Shown here one piece after another: positions 52,780 to 64,000 of a DNA stretch of 64,000 nt. The notes under the pieces were generated by a model that was not told the DNA's origin, did no database searches, and saw only the letters and a program-made list of their open reading frames with translations. Position numbers and translations under genes: made by a program. The number at the start of each line of letters is the position of its first letter. Position 1 is the first letter of the stretch. The stretch lies in NCBI GenBank assembly GCA_965645245.1, contig OZ287069.1, positions 1,674,001-1,738,000 of the forward strand. Reading direction: 5' to 3'. The stretch comes from Massalongia carnosa (taxonomy: Eukaryota).

Positions 52780-53359
52780 ACAAACCCCTTATTTCTTTCC
52801 TTTTCTGCCTTCGAGAGAGGCAGGGAGGGGGATGGAAGAAGAGGTACGGACCAAGGGGCGTGGGGTTCCGTTTATCGATGGGAGGAGGGGGAAATGCTGA
52901 GCTGATGTGTGGGAGCATCAAAGGGATGTTTGGGGGTAGTGGAAGCTTTGGACCTTTGTTTTTTTTGGGGGGGGAAGGGGGGGGGAGGGGGAGAGGGTAT
53001 GTGGTTTGAAGGGGGGAAGAGGAAAAAAAATTGGGGGGGGGGAAGGGGGATATGTTTGTCAAGGAACGGGGATGGGGGGGAAGGGATGGGTATGGAGGGA
53101 ACGCGGAGTGAGTTCACGGATATTCGTTGTTTTGTACTTCGGTACCATCAAGTGCATTTGGCAATCGCCATCTATACATATTTGGTCCTTGGCAGTCATT
53201 AGATTCGTAGGAGGTGGCTATGTCTATTTTGTTTTCGCGTATCCCTTTGATTTTTCTATCACCTTGCTCCATCATTAGCGATCCTTGGCGCCCACACACA
53301 CAGCAAACCAGTGCGTCTCTCCACCCACCCTCCATTCCTTTAATTATCAGCATAAAACT

Positions 53360-54599
53360 TCAGAGATCAAAAAGCTCCTTCAAGATCTTCATCGTATCCT
53401 CGGGGCTTCCGACCTTGTGCCCCTGCGTGCGGGCATCCTCGTAGATCTCGTAATCGTTGCCGCCCGGGTAGGCCTTGTCGCCGAAAAAGTGCACGGTCGT
53501 GTAGTCGATGCCGGAGAGGGCAATTTCCGTGGCGAGGTGCTGCAGGCAGTAGGTTTTGTCCCAGCCGGTAGGGAAGACGTCAAAGGAGATTTGGCCACCG
53601 ATAGAGTAGCTGTTTTTATATTCGGGGCGCGCCCAGGGGGTTAGGTTTTAAGGGGGTTTGATAGATGGGAAGAGGGGAAGGGGGAGGAGATTAGGGGGTT
53701 AGGAGAGAGAAATTTAAGATATAGGGGTTGACAATGGGGGTAGATGGAAAGGAACGTGGTTGGACCGAAAAAGAGGATGAGAAATAAATGACGTACGTAA
53801 GGCCGTAGTCGGGGAATTTCTCCTTGAGCGCGGCCACGAACTTGGCGCGGATCTGGTGCTGCAAATCGTATTTCTCGTAATCGTGGCGTTCCTGCACGCT
53901 AGCATTGCGGCCGATGGGCGAGATGTTGATCATGCCATTTCTTTGGAGAAATCATCATAAACGCCCTGATCAGCCTGTTGCCCATCCCATATCTGCATAG
54001 ACTCCTCCTGGTGAATCCATTCTCCGCCGCCTCCTTCTCTCTTCCCCCGTTTGCTCATCCAATCAATGACACCTTCATCTTCCTTTCGAAAACTCATGAC
54101 CCTTCCTGGTGAACCACATACCTGAACTCAACAAAAGTCCCCCGCTTCACGGGACATTCCACATCGGCCAGATACCTCAGCACAAAATTGACAAGTTTCT
54201 TGTAGCGCTCCTCGCCCAACCAGCCAATAAAACTTTGGCTTGCTAGCTGTTCGCCCAGCCGGTACGCCGTAAGCCCGTTCTCGGCGAAACAGAAATCAAA
54301 GAGCGCGGTGACGGGGATTTGCGGGGTGCCGAGCTGCTCTTGCTGCTTGACGAGGTCAGAGCCGCCGACGAAGCCAATAGCGCATTTATGCCGTAACTCC
54401 GAGAGCAGTTGAAGCATGGCCGGGGAGACTGTCTGGTAGGAAACAGAGTCAGAGCAGAGCTTCTTTGGGGAGGAGATGGAAATCGACACTGACTTACCCG
54501 GCGAGCTGGGGTGAGGGTATCGTCGACATCGAAGAGGCAGATTGTATTTTTCACCGGGCGGTCGGCGAGAGGAGGATAGACACTCGCTGCTTGAGCCAT
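53360..54599 (-). CDS. SEC53: Phosphomannomutase (HAD family), 4 introns or fewer
   Basis: [60 protein letters not shown]. Confidence 0.95.
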
Positions 54600-55288
54600 G
54601 ATTTATAGCGGTGGGAACTAGAAACGAGAAAGGCAGAGTGGAATGAGCAATGACTTGCAACGACTTGTAGTTGACTCCTTGGGTCCCACGGAACAAGGCA
54701 GGAAGGTCTACGAGAGAACTCAATGACTTAAATTGAATTGAGTTCTGAGTCCTGAATACGTTGTATATATGATTTGTGTGTATCCTCTGTATAGGTATGT
54801 ATTCTGTACCGTAAAGCTCGTGGGGTACCCTTGCACAGAGAAGCCCTAAGTCTTCCACACTACCGAATTAGCCTTGCCGAGAACGACATAACTACCCCTG
54901 TGCCCCTCACCTCCTATTCGAGCCCTGAGAGGGTGATGAAGATGGATTTACCCTATGGCTCTTACACCTACAAAGGTAAACACCACTTGTGGGCTTGTTG
55001 CGTACGTGGAAACATGCTTTCAATAGGTATTAACGTATAGGTTAGGCAGGAGATAGTTTTTAGATATATCAAGCAGATAATTACTGCTGCTCTTCCATGT
55101 ATGTACAGAGCAACTTGGTCAAATATTCTAAGACATAAAAACAGTTGAGAGAAATCATCTATAACATGCTGCTATGTACACCCAACACAGTATTTCAGCG
55201 CAACTGAAGCTCCAGCTAGAATGTCATGTAAAACACATAGCACGAAGATCAAGTTGAGGGAATGAGTTAACGACGCAGTAAACGGAAC

Positions 55289-57278
55289 CTAAGCTGCCAT
55301 TGCCTCAATCTTCTTTCCCTTCACCGACTTCCACTCAATCCCAAGAGAGCCAATGATGGAAAAAGCGGCTAGCGCTAGGGAGACATAAAACGTTTGCGTA
55401 AGCGCTTTGTTGTAAGCAATCAACACATCGGGGAGAAGATTGCTGTTGATAGCATGTTTGAGGCTAGTGGCACCCGTTTTGAGAATAATCGAGGGTTCAA
55501 TGCTGGGGACTCTGGAAGCAATGTTCGAGCTTAACTTATTGGTGAAGATATTTTCAGCCACAGATATGAACAGCGCACCCCCAAGGGTTTGCATAAACAT
55601 AATCAGCGAAGTGCCAACGGGAACATCATCAATATGGAGGACAGTCTGTGCCGCGATAAGAGCCTGTTGCATCCCAAACCCCACTCCGAATCCGTAGATG
55701 ATTTGATAGCCGATCCATTGGGCGTGCCCAGTTTCAACCTGAAAGGTTGATAGCATACCGACGCCAACAGCCATGAGAATGGATGATGCAATCATGTAGG
55801 GCGTATAATATCCGATCAAGGTAACGCCAATCCCCGAAATGACGGACATGATGACTAAACTCAAAATCATGGGCAGGTTCCTGATGCCAGACTCGGTGGC
55901 TGATGCGCCTTTGATTGCCTGGAACCAAATAGGAATATAGTAGAGAATTGAGAAAAAAGAACCACCCAGGCAGAAGGCAAACCAAGTCGAAAAGGCCATA
56001 CTGCGCTGAGAAATGACTCGAGGTGGGATGGTAGCATTATCTTGTTTCCAAAACTGAATACCAATGAATATGATGATTAGGATACTAAAGATCACGAAAA
56101 GAGCAATAATTTTCCCTATAAGTTGATTAGCTGTCTACTGTTACGCTTATAAGATCGATCACCTACCATTGCTCCACGAGTACTTGGTACCACCCCATTG
56201 TAGTGCAAGCAACAGACAGATGATGGCAGGTATGAAGACCGCTGTGCCATATGGATCAAACTGTTTGGCGCGCTCCTTGAAACCAATAGACTGCTCGTTC
56301 TTTCGTTGAGGTGAGTCGAACAAGAGAGCTATGCCGATAATTGTCACGGCACCAAGCGGCAGATTAATGTAAAAGCACCATCGCCAAGACACGTGGTCAG
56401 TAAAAGCGCCACCCATTAGAGGGCCAGCAACAGATGCAAGCCCATACATGGCTCCAATAATACCAGTGTAGATAGGTCTTTGGACTAAAGGCACCGTGTA
56501 AGCCACTATTACAAGTGCTCCGGAGAAAACTCCAGCTGCTCCAATGCCTGCAACGGCACGGCCAATGATGAGGGCGACGGATGTAGGCGCGGCGCCACAT
56601 ACGACGGACCCAATCTCGAAAATCGTAATTGCTGCTAAGTAAACCCACTTAATGCTGAAAAAGGTGTAGAGCTTGCCGAAGAAAAGTTGGAAAGCGCCTG
56701 AGACACAGGTCAGTTCTAACTTGTTGTATGAAAGCTCAATGAATTCATACAAGTGGTGAGTAAATATGCTAAGAAGTGAGTTAGCAGTGACCTTTGAGTT
56801 AAACTATTTGAACTAACCCGAGCCGTACCACCCAACATCATCTAGAGCTCCGAAATGATCGGTAATTTTTGGAATGGCGGTTGCGATGATGGTATTATCC
56901 TAGGTGAAGTTCAGCGTAAGGGCCTCCGGGAGTTGGACACCAAGCTCGTCTACGTACAAGAGCCATGCAAAATACTGAGAGACATAGCGCGGTAGTGATT
57001 ATGGCCAGCTTGGCTCCACTCGGATACACGATTTCATCGTTAAGCTTTTCCAATGCGGCTGCTTCTTCCACCGGTGTTGTCTTTACAGTTTTCTCTCCGT
57101 GGAGATTGGAAGTCTTGCTTCCCCTCGAAAGGCTGCGGGAAACCTTTTCAGAGCCATTTATTCCGGCGTCGAAAAGCGAAGAGGTCTTGCTCGAGTCTTG
57201 AATGGGTGTTGCGGTGGCTGCTTGATCGACGCTGGTGGGCGTTGCCGTCTTTGATTTTGAAAAAGTCGGAAACTTCAT
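55289..57278 (-). CDS. 14-TMS MFS drug:H+ antiporter (DHA2, AflT/GliA-like), 4 introns
   Basis: [57 protein letters not shown]. Includes an 18-nt micro-exon. Confidence 0.92.
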
Positions 57279-58448
57279 AATGTAGAAGATGTAAGAAGAC
57301 AACTATCTGTGGGTGGTATGGTGGTTCAGAGTAGGCCCAGCAGATACAAGCAAAAGGAGTGTGAAAAAATTAAGTAAAGAAAGGTCGAGTGGCACAGGAA
57401 TAAGGGAGGAATTTATATCATTGTTTACAAGAGGCTGCAAGCAAATGCACCAAGGGCTCGGCTTTTAGAATTGTCCGGCCTAGGCAGATTCGGAAATAGA
57501 TTTTTACACTTTCCGGATTTCCGGTATGGTATTTCATTACAATTACCTCGGGAAGCCAGGCTGATGCTACCGATGGTAACCATAATCTGTAATTTAAACA
57601 CATCTCTCCGTACTAATTCGCCTCGAGCCGCGTTTTGTATACAATACAGAGTAGGTCCAAATGATCATCAAAGCGTTCGCTACCATCCATTGTTTAAATG
57701 AGTCAGACCCTAATCTCGTTGGCTGCCGTTCCTACGGAGTATCATTTTAAATCGCTACTCTGTACTCTGTATACCGATATATTGTGGGCTACAGTCTTAG
57801 AATCAGATTAAAGTAAATATCAGACAAGAGTATTCTGCATGTCTTCAATCTTGTGATAGCAAAGCACAAACGTTTCTGCCCCTTTTAGCTAGTTGCACGG
57901 AGGTGCTTCTTGATCCCTTGCACGTCTTGTTGTTAGCAAGGTACAAACCAGTCACAACGTATTTTCCTCGGGGCTTCCAGCCTAAGATGAAGCGTTTTGT
58001 GTGGATATTTCATCATCGCCACGCGCACTAGACTGTTTCTGCGTCGGAAAGCCTTCTAAAGGCGGTAGCCAGCCGTTCTGGATTCCATTCGAGCTCTAGC
58101 ACGCCTGACTACGCACGGCAACCCCTTATCCAACTGGTGACGAATGAGAGTCTTGAGGTCATACCTTATGTGGAAGAGCATCTCATTCTTACATGTTGAC
58201 AACATGAGTTGCTGAATTCTGGAGTTAAATATTTGCAGAGCTGGGTACAATCCTTGCTTTTCAATGCAACACCCCTTTTTCCGATCCTTTAGCCGGTTGC
58301 GGTGTTCTACATCATTCGTTCGTGGCTGAACGGACCCAAATGGCCATTTCCTTATTACGTTCCTATTTCCTAAATCTGTGCAGTCTTCAATTTAGACTGG
58401 CCTTCTCTGGAAAATGGGATCTCTCCGTGGTCTTCAACCAAGATAGTT

Positions 58449-61107
58449 TCAATCAGCCCCCTCTATAATGGCCGCTGTAAGATCCTTTCTGATACTCAAT
58501 TCTTCCAGTCCTGCCTCATTACCCAGCGTAAGGCCTTTTTCGTTCGCCAAATGAAGAAGGCAGATAAAACAGTATGAGGTCGAGATATCAGCCATGGCCT
58601 GCTTTGGGTATACCTGTTGAAGATTGTTCATCACTGATGTAAATCTTAAGACTTCCTCCTCATTTCTCGGGGAATGCTCGGAGGACGTGGATTGCTGTGG
58701 AATTATGTCCTAAGTACTGTGAGTAAGTGCCAGTGTATTTTTTAGATTAAGAATGCCAACCTTTTCGAATCCAATCCCTTTCCACATTTCCTCCTTTAGT
58801 CGTCGAACATCAACTTTCTTCGCTACTCGCGCATATTGCACGTATTCCGGTCGCAGTCTTCGGCTTTGAGTCACAAGCTGCATTCCGAAAGCACCTTCTT
58901 GACCACCATCTAGGTCGGCTAGAATACCTGCATTATTGTGTGCTCGTATAGTAGCATCGCCTTCTAGTCCCGGAGAGAATACTTCTCTGGCATCTGCGAA
59001 GTCATCTTCGTCATCTGGTGGACCAACCGGAAATCCTAATCCGTCATCCTGGAAGAAATTGGCATCATAGTTTCCTTGCGGATTATTCTGTTCAGCCGAA
59101 GACTCTACATTTTTCTTTCGTGCCCAAAATGCTTCATCCATTTCAGTTTCCGGTATGTCCTCCTGTTTCAGCGCAGTGCGGCCGCGAGGATTACTAAAGC
59201 CAGACATTCGTGAACCCATACGTGCTTTTGGCTTAAGGAAAAGCCGCAGCAGTTGTCGGGAGTTGAAGTGCTTGTCATCGGGTAGGAGATTGCGTGTTTT
59301 TGACTTCCACTGCGCCTTTGGCAAGGATATTACGGCATTCGAAATTGCCGGCATGTAGATCAGTTCTGCCAAAGAAGCATCCAAGGGTGAAGAGAAATCT
59401 ATTTCAAATGGCTCCTTCTCTTTTCGCTTAGCGGTTGCTGGACCGGTTGGCTTCGTAATATCTTTCATTCGTCTTATTCTCCAATGCTCAGGACCGGCCC
59501 AGTTCTTCTTCAGCGCGTTGTCGAAATAACTCAGTATATCTTGGTGACCGCCTTCAGTTCTGTTATCCTGAAAGGACACCACGTACTGGTCTTCTTGAGC
59601 ATCAAACCCACAAACACCCATGGCCTTTTCAGCGTTATCTTCGAGACCGCCGCCACTCTCGTTACTTTCCTTGTGTACCCGCAGCTGCTGTTCCATTGCC
59701 GCATTCTTAGCCCAGGCATCGCCTCCTTCCCCGAAAGCGGCTTCTACACCTATATCAAAGCTGGAAATCACCCGATCGTCATCGTCAAACCCACCAGCAT
59801 TGTCATCATCCAGGACAATACCAGACTTCTCACTAAGTCCTTCTGCTGATTGAGAGTTATCTTTCTCCTGTCTCCAGTCTTCTGGTGCTTTCAGGAACGG
59901 AATGTCCAAAGATCCAGCTGGGTCTCCTAAATCAAGATTCTTAAGCGAAGGACATATATCTTGGTCATCGAGTCTATTCAGGTCGGGAAAGAATTTTGAC
60001 CCAAGTGCATCGATATCAATTTCCATCTCCTCTAGTTGCTTTGCAGAATCATGAATTTCTGGTGTCGATGTGCTAATCTCACTGCTTACTATCGAGCCAT
60101 TTTCCTTGTTTACGGAATCGGCGTCAGCTATTGCATCTCCGGCATCATCACTGCTGTCAAAGACAATTCGGCCCGAAAAGTCAATGGCTAGGTGGTTTAG
60201 CAAGAGACCTTTGGCGCCGCCTTCATCAAAGTCTGCCGAAGCTTTCTTAAACAACGGATCTACCGAAAACTCGAGTTCGAATTTCTTTAGCTGTAAAGCC
60301 GCAAAAGAGGGCACTAACGTAGCCTCTGATGACCGCTGTACCTAGGTGCCATTAACCTCTGTACCCCACGTCATTGTATATCCAACTTACTTTTCTTCTT
60401 GCTCTTTTTCTAATCCCGTCTTCACCACCTTCCTCCATATCTTCCCCGTCTTCCTCTTCACCTTCACCCTGCTTCGCCTTTTTGTTTCCGCTATCTGCCA
60501 AACCGCTAAGTAGCTTCCCCGTTTCTGTCGCAACGCTGTCAACCCGACTGGTATAAATTTTAACACAACCATCTAAAGTGCAGCTGGCTTTTTGAAAGTT
60601 AACACCATCTCCCTCCTTTAACAATGACATGTCGTGAAAGTAATCGATGAGCGCAAAATTCCAGGAATTAGTTGCATTTATCTTATTATCTGTCGCCATC
60701 TTCATCCACTCCTCAAAATTGGCCAAGATGGGGACCCGCTTCATGGGTGTCATTGCCGCCCCCCCCACAACTGCAAGACCTCCATCCTCGTCGTTTTCTT
60801 TTCCCCGCCCAGCATGAATACGTGGGGTTTTCGGACTGTTACTCGATGCACGATCGTAGTTGTTAAGTTTTCGCATTGGGGTCGCTGCAGCTTTCAGTTG
60901 GTTCATTTGAACCTCATGCAACGCATGTCGAGATTGTAGGCGGACTGCCTTCTCTTGCCTATCATCATTAAGAGGAATTCTAAAATCAAGCAGTATTAGT
61001 CACTATATTCAGGGCTTTTCCGAATGTTTCCCTCACTTTACTGGAGACTTATGCGGTGTTGCAATAGAGGCATGATTCGCGCGCGGTGGGTGTGCAACGC
61101 GAGGCAT
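58449..61107 (-). CDS. BRN1: Condensin kleisin subunit (CAP-H/Cnd2), 3 introns
   Basis: NFEEWMKMATDNKIN..NFQKASCTLDGCVKIYTSRVD, DPLFKKASADFDEGGAKGLLLN, WAGPEHW, AKKVDVRRLK, FICLLHLANEKGL. Confidence 0.95.
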
Positions 61108-61813
61108 TGTAAAGTTCCCCTACACAAGCCACTCTAAAAGTTTACTTTGTTACTTTGTACGCCTGTAGCGTATGCTGGCGCCGATAAATGCGAAGTTCCT
61201 GTTTTCATTGATCGAAAGCTATCTGGACGCGATGCGAAGAAAGAGCACTTTCATGTTTACTCGCGCTATAAACACTGCACACTACCCTTGCTAAAGGCAA
61301 CCGTAGCTAGCGGAAGTGTCATTACCAATTTATCAGGTCACAGTCTCTTAGGCTAAAGTAGAATAGCTTCATTATCCAATCACTACGGAGACCGATTACC
61401 TAGGTATTTACAGTAAGCGTCCCGCCTGCCAGCTGGATCGAAAAATGGTATGATTGGGTAAGCCTTTTAGGTACCTAGGTACCTAGAAACTTACCTTCAA
61501 CCATTCATTTCTCTTTCCAATTTGCGCGCCAAAAGCTAAGGTATCACTTTCAAACACTCTATTACGCTGAAGGCTACTTTATGCTTATGTATCATATGCT
61601 GAACAACATACTTTTCGTACCTGGTGTTTGGTTACATGGGCCTGAGAACCTTCTGAATCAACCATTATCGCAAGAGCCATTGATATAGGCTAATCCATAC
61701 CTTGCCCCTCTGAATCCGAGTCTTTTCCCCGCGACTTCATAGAACCTGTCAGGTTGCTATTCTATAAAGCTAGGGGCAAGGATTCACGACCTTATATCAA
61801 GAAGAAAACCACG

Positions 61814-64000
61814 ATGCCGAGCTTTGCGGATTCATTTTGGTCCGGCGATTACGCGGGGGGGCTAGGTGTGCTGTTTGGCAAGCTTCAGCAGGGTGTCATA
61901 GAAAATCAGCAGGTTCTGACTATCGCAAAAATGCGAGCTGACGCAGAAGAACTGTATGGACGGAGACTGGGGGAGATTGCGCCGAATACGGATAAGATGA
62001 CTGGAGGCTTTGCAAGAGATGACGGTGCAAGCCTACGAAAGGTATATTGCTATAGCCCAATATTGGTCGAAGGTTTGTAGAAACTAACCACCAATTAGGC
62101 TTACGAAGGTGTGCGTGGTGAGATGGAAGAGGGGTCCAAAAACCATAAAAAGATCGCTTCCAATATCAGCGAGTTGGTAGTGATTCCATTTGGAAAATGG
62201 TGTGATGCCCACGAATCTCGCGTACAAAACTCCCAAGATGATTTGCAGGCACGTATTAAGGCGCACGACAAGCAGGCCGAGGTAGTTCGTAAATTACGAA
62301 GTCAATATTTTAACAAGTGTCGGCAAGTCGAAGATGTTGAAGAGGAGAACAAACTCGCATTTCAAGGGCCAGAAAAGAACGACGTAGGAAGTCCTAAACC
62401 GTTGGCGACGCCAACCATTAAATTACCCGAGAATGAAGACCCCGAGGATGCGCAACCCCTTGAAATTGGAGACGAGACCTATGACCATGAGAGAGTCAAA
62501 AAATTTTTAACCGACATATTGAATACGATCAACTTAGGGGAAGCTAAAGTGCCCATCTTGGGTACATACCAGAACGTTTCATCCGGGTCAGAAATTGTTG
62601 AATATATTCAAAAGCAAATGGGAGCAAGCAGTATTAGCTATGCAGAACGAATCGGTCAAGACCTTGTCACGCATGGTTTTCTAAGGTTGATAGGAAGCGT
62701 AGGAAGTAACTTTGCGAACAGTTCTAAAATGAAATATCAATGGAGACCTAGGGTATTTCAAATCACCGGTATACCTGAGCGAAAGAAGCCTTTGGATCGC
62801 ATCACCTCTGCTGGAAGTACATTTGATGGTACCGAATCTCCCACCATGGGTTCCGTGGGAGACATGCTTTCTGGATGGAATCCTTTAAACAACCCATATC
62901 CGAATGAGACGCCTGTAGAAAAATTACGCCGGGAGTCAGCTGAGGCAGACGAAAGGTACAAGGTTGGAGTGCGGAGACTGGACCTACTGCGGTGCAACCT
63001 TGAAGAAGTTATGATCGATCATCTTAGGTTCATGGAGCGATGCGAGCTTGACCGCTTGAAAGCCATTAAAGCTGTCATACTGGACTTCTCCGGGGCGATA
63101 AGCAATGTTATTCCTAGCCTTCAAAGCACTGTGGACAATATGATGCTCTACCAAGAGACCGTTCAACCCTTGGGAGATTTAAGATATTTATTAGAAAATT
63201 ATCGAACAGGAGCGTTTGTGCCTCATGTACAAGTCTACGATAATTACTACAATACAGTTGATGGTTAGTATTGTCAGGGTTCTTGGGGTGTGCTTCTTCA
63301 GTTGGCTGACTTTAGCAGAGCAAACATTCGGGGTCGATCTTGAGGCCAGAGCTCGAGCTGATAGAAAACGAGTCCCAATAATTGTGACGACTATCCTTAC
63401 GTTTCTTGACAATCGTAGGAGGATTCCTCTCGATTTTTTCGTCGTTATCTCTACTTATTTCAAAATGCAGATTATCCAGATTTGGAAGGTGACGAGGCTC
63501 GTCGAAGCATTTGGCTTGTGGACGTCCCGCTTGCTGCAACACATCACCTTCGCAACACGATAAACACAGGTAAAGCCATTCCTCGAGAAGTCCTGGAACG
63601 CTACGAGGTACCTATCGTTGCAAGCGCTTTGAAGCTATACCTCCTTGAGCTACCAGGTACCTGCCTACGAATTATCCATCTGTGATTGAACGAACGAACT
63701 GAAATTTTCCTAGATTCCCTTGTCTCCTCCCAAGTTTACGAGATCATCAAAACCATCTACTCCACTCCTGATTCTTCGACATCACCGGAAACTCGCATAT
63801 CCGTCCTCCAGAATACCTTGGGCCAACTTCGTCTTGCCAACATCGCAACTCTCGACGCAATCACTACTCACTTTACCCGCCTTATCGAATTAACCTCCGC
63901 CGACGAAGTATTCGTCTCTTCCCTAGCGCAAATCCTGGCCCCTTGCATCCTTCGCCCCCGAACAGACACTTCCCTCACCATGCACGAGCGTCACAGCTAT
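61814..64000 (+). CDS. RGD2: F-BAR + DEP + RhoGAP protein (Rgd2/Rga8-like), truncated by the window end
   Basis: MPSFADSFWSGDYAGGL F-BAR start, DEP-like AERIGQDLVTHGFLRLIG, TFGVDLE, ASALKLYLLELPDSLV. Four introns visible. Confidence 0.88.

Noticed and set aside
51474..53278. Many overlapping ORFs in alternative frames
   Set aside because: Artefacts of low-complexity C/G-rich sequence.

Overview
Gene-dense euchromatic segment of a filamentous ascomycete (Pezizomycotina), judged from short GT-AG introns with CTRAY branch points and Pezizomycotina-type fusion genes. It holds about 21 intron-containing genes: a GCKIII/MST-1 kinase, STT4, a UBX5-like protein, a CDF transporter, an STK19-like protein, DGA1, the cell-fusion scaffold SO/PRO40, DUF3074, FYV4, KIN28/CDK7, kinesin-7 KipA, a GT23/FUT8-like glycosyltransferase, URA6 with a closely abutting upstream mitochondrial-type small ORF, an F-box-like hypothetical protein, HAM-8, FMP32, SEC53, a DHA2 MFS exporter, BRN1 and a RGD2-like RhoGAP truncated by the window end. 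I saw no tRNA, rRNA, CRISPR array or intact transposon. Top leads: (1) a possible hyphal-fusion neighbourhood (so, ham-8, mst-1) with an uncharacterised fucosyltransferase-like gene sharing a GGCGCTTGA upstream motif with ham-8; (2) a 96-aa mitochondrial membrane-type ORF ending 38 nt before URA6, either bicistronic or alternatively spliced; (3) SO lacks several PhoD metal ligands and carries its own PPxY motifs; (4) sharp GC3 and GC-skew switches at gene 3' ends. All family calls come from motif recognition, not database searches.
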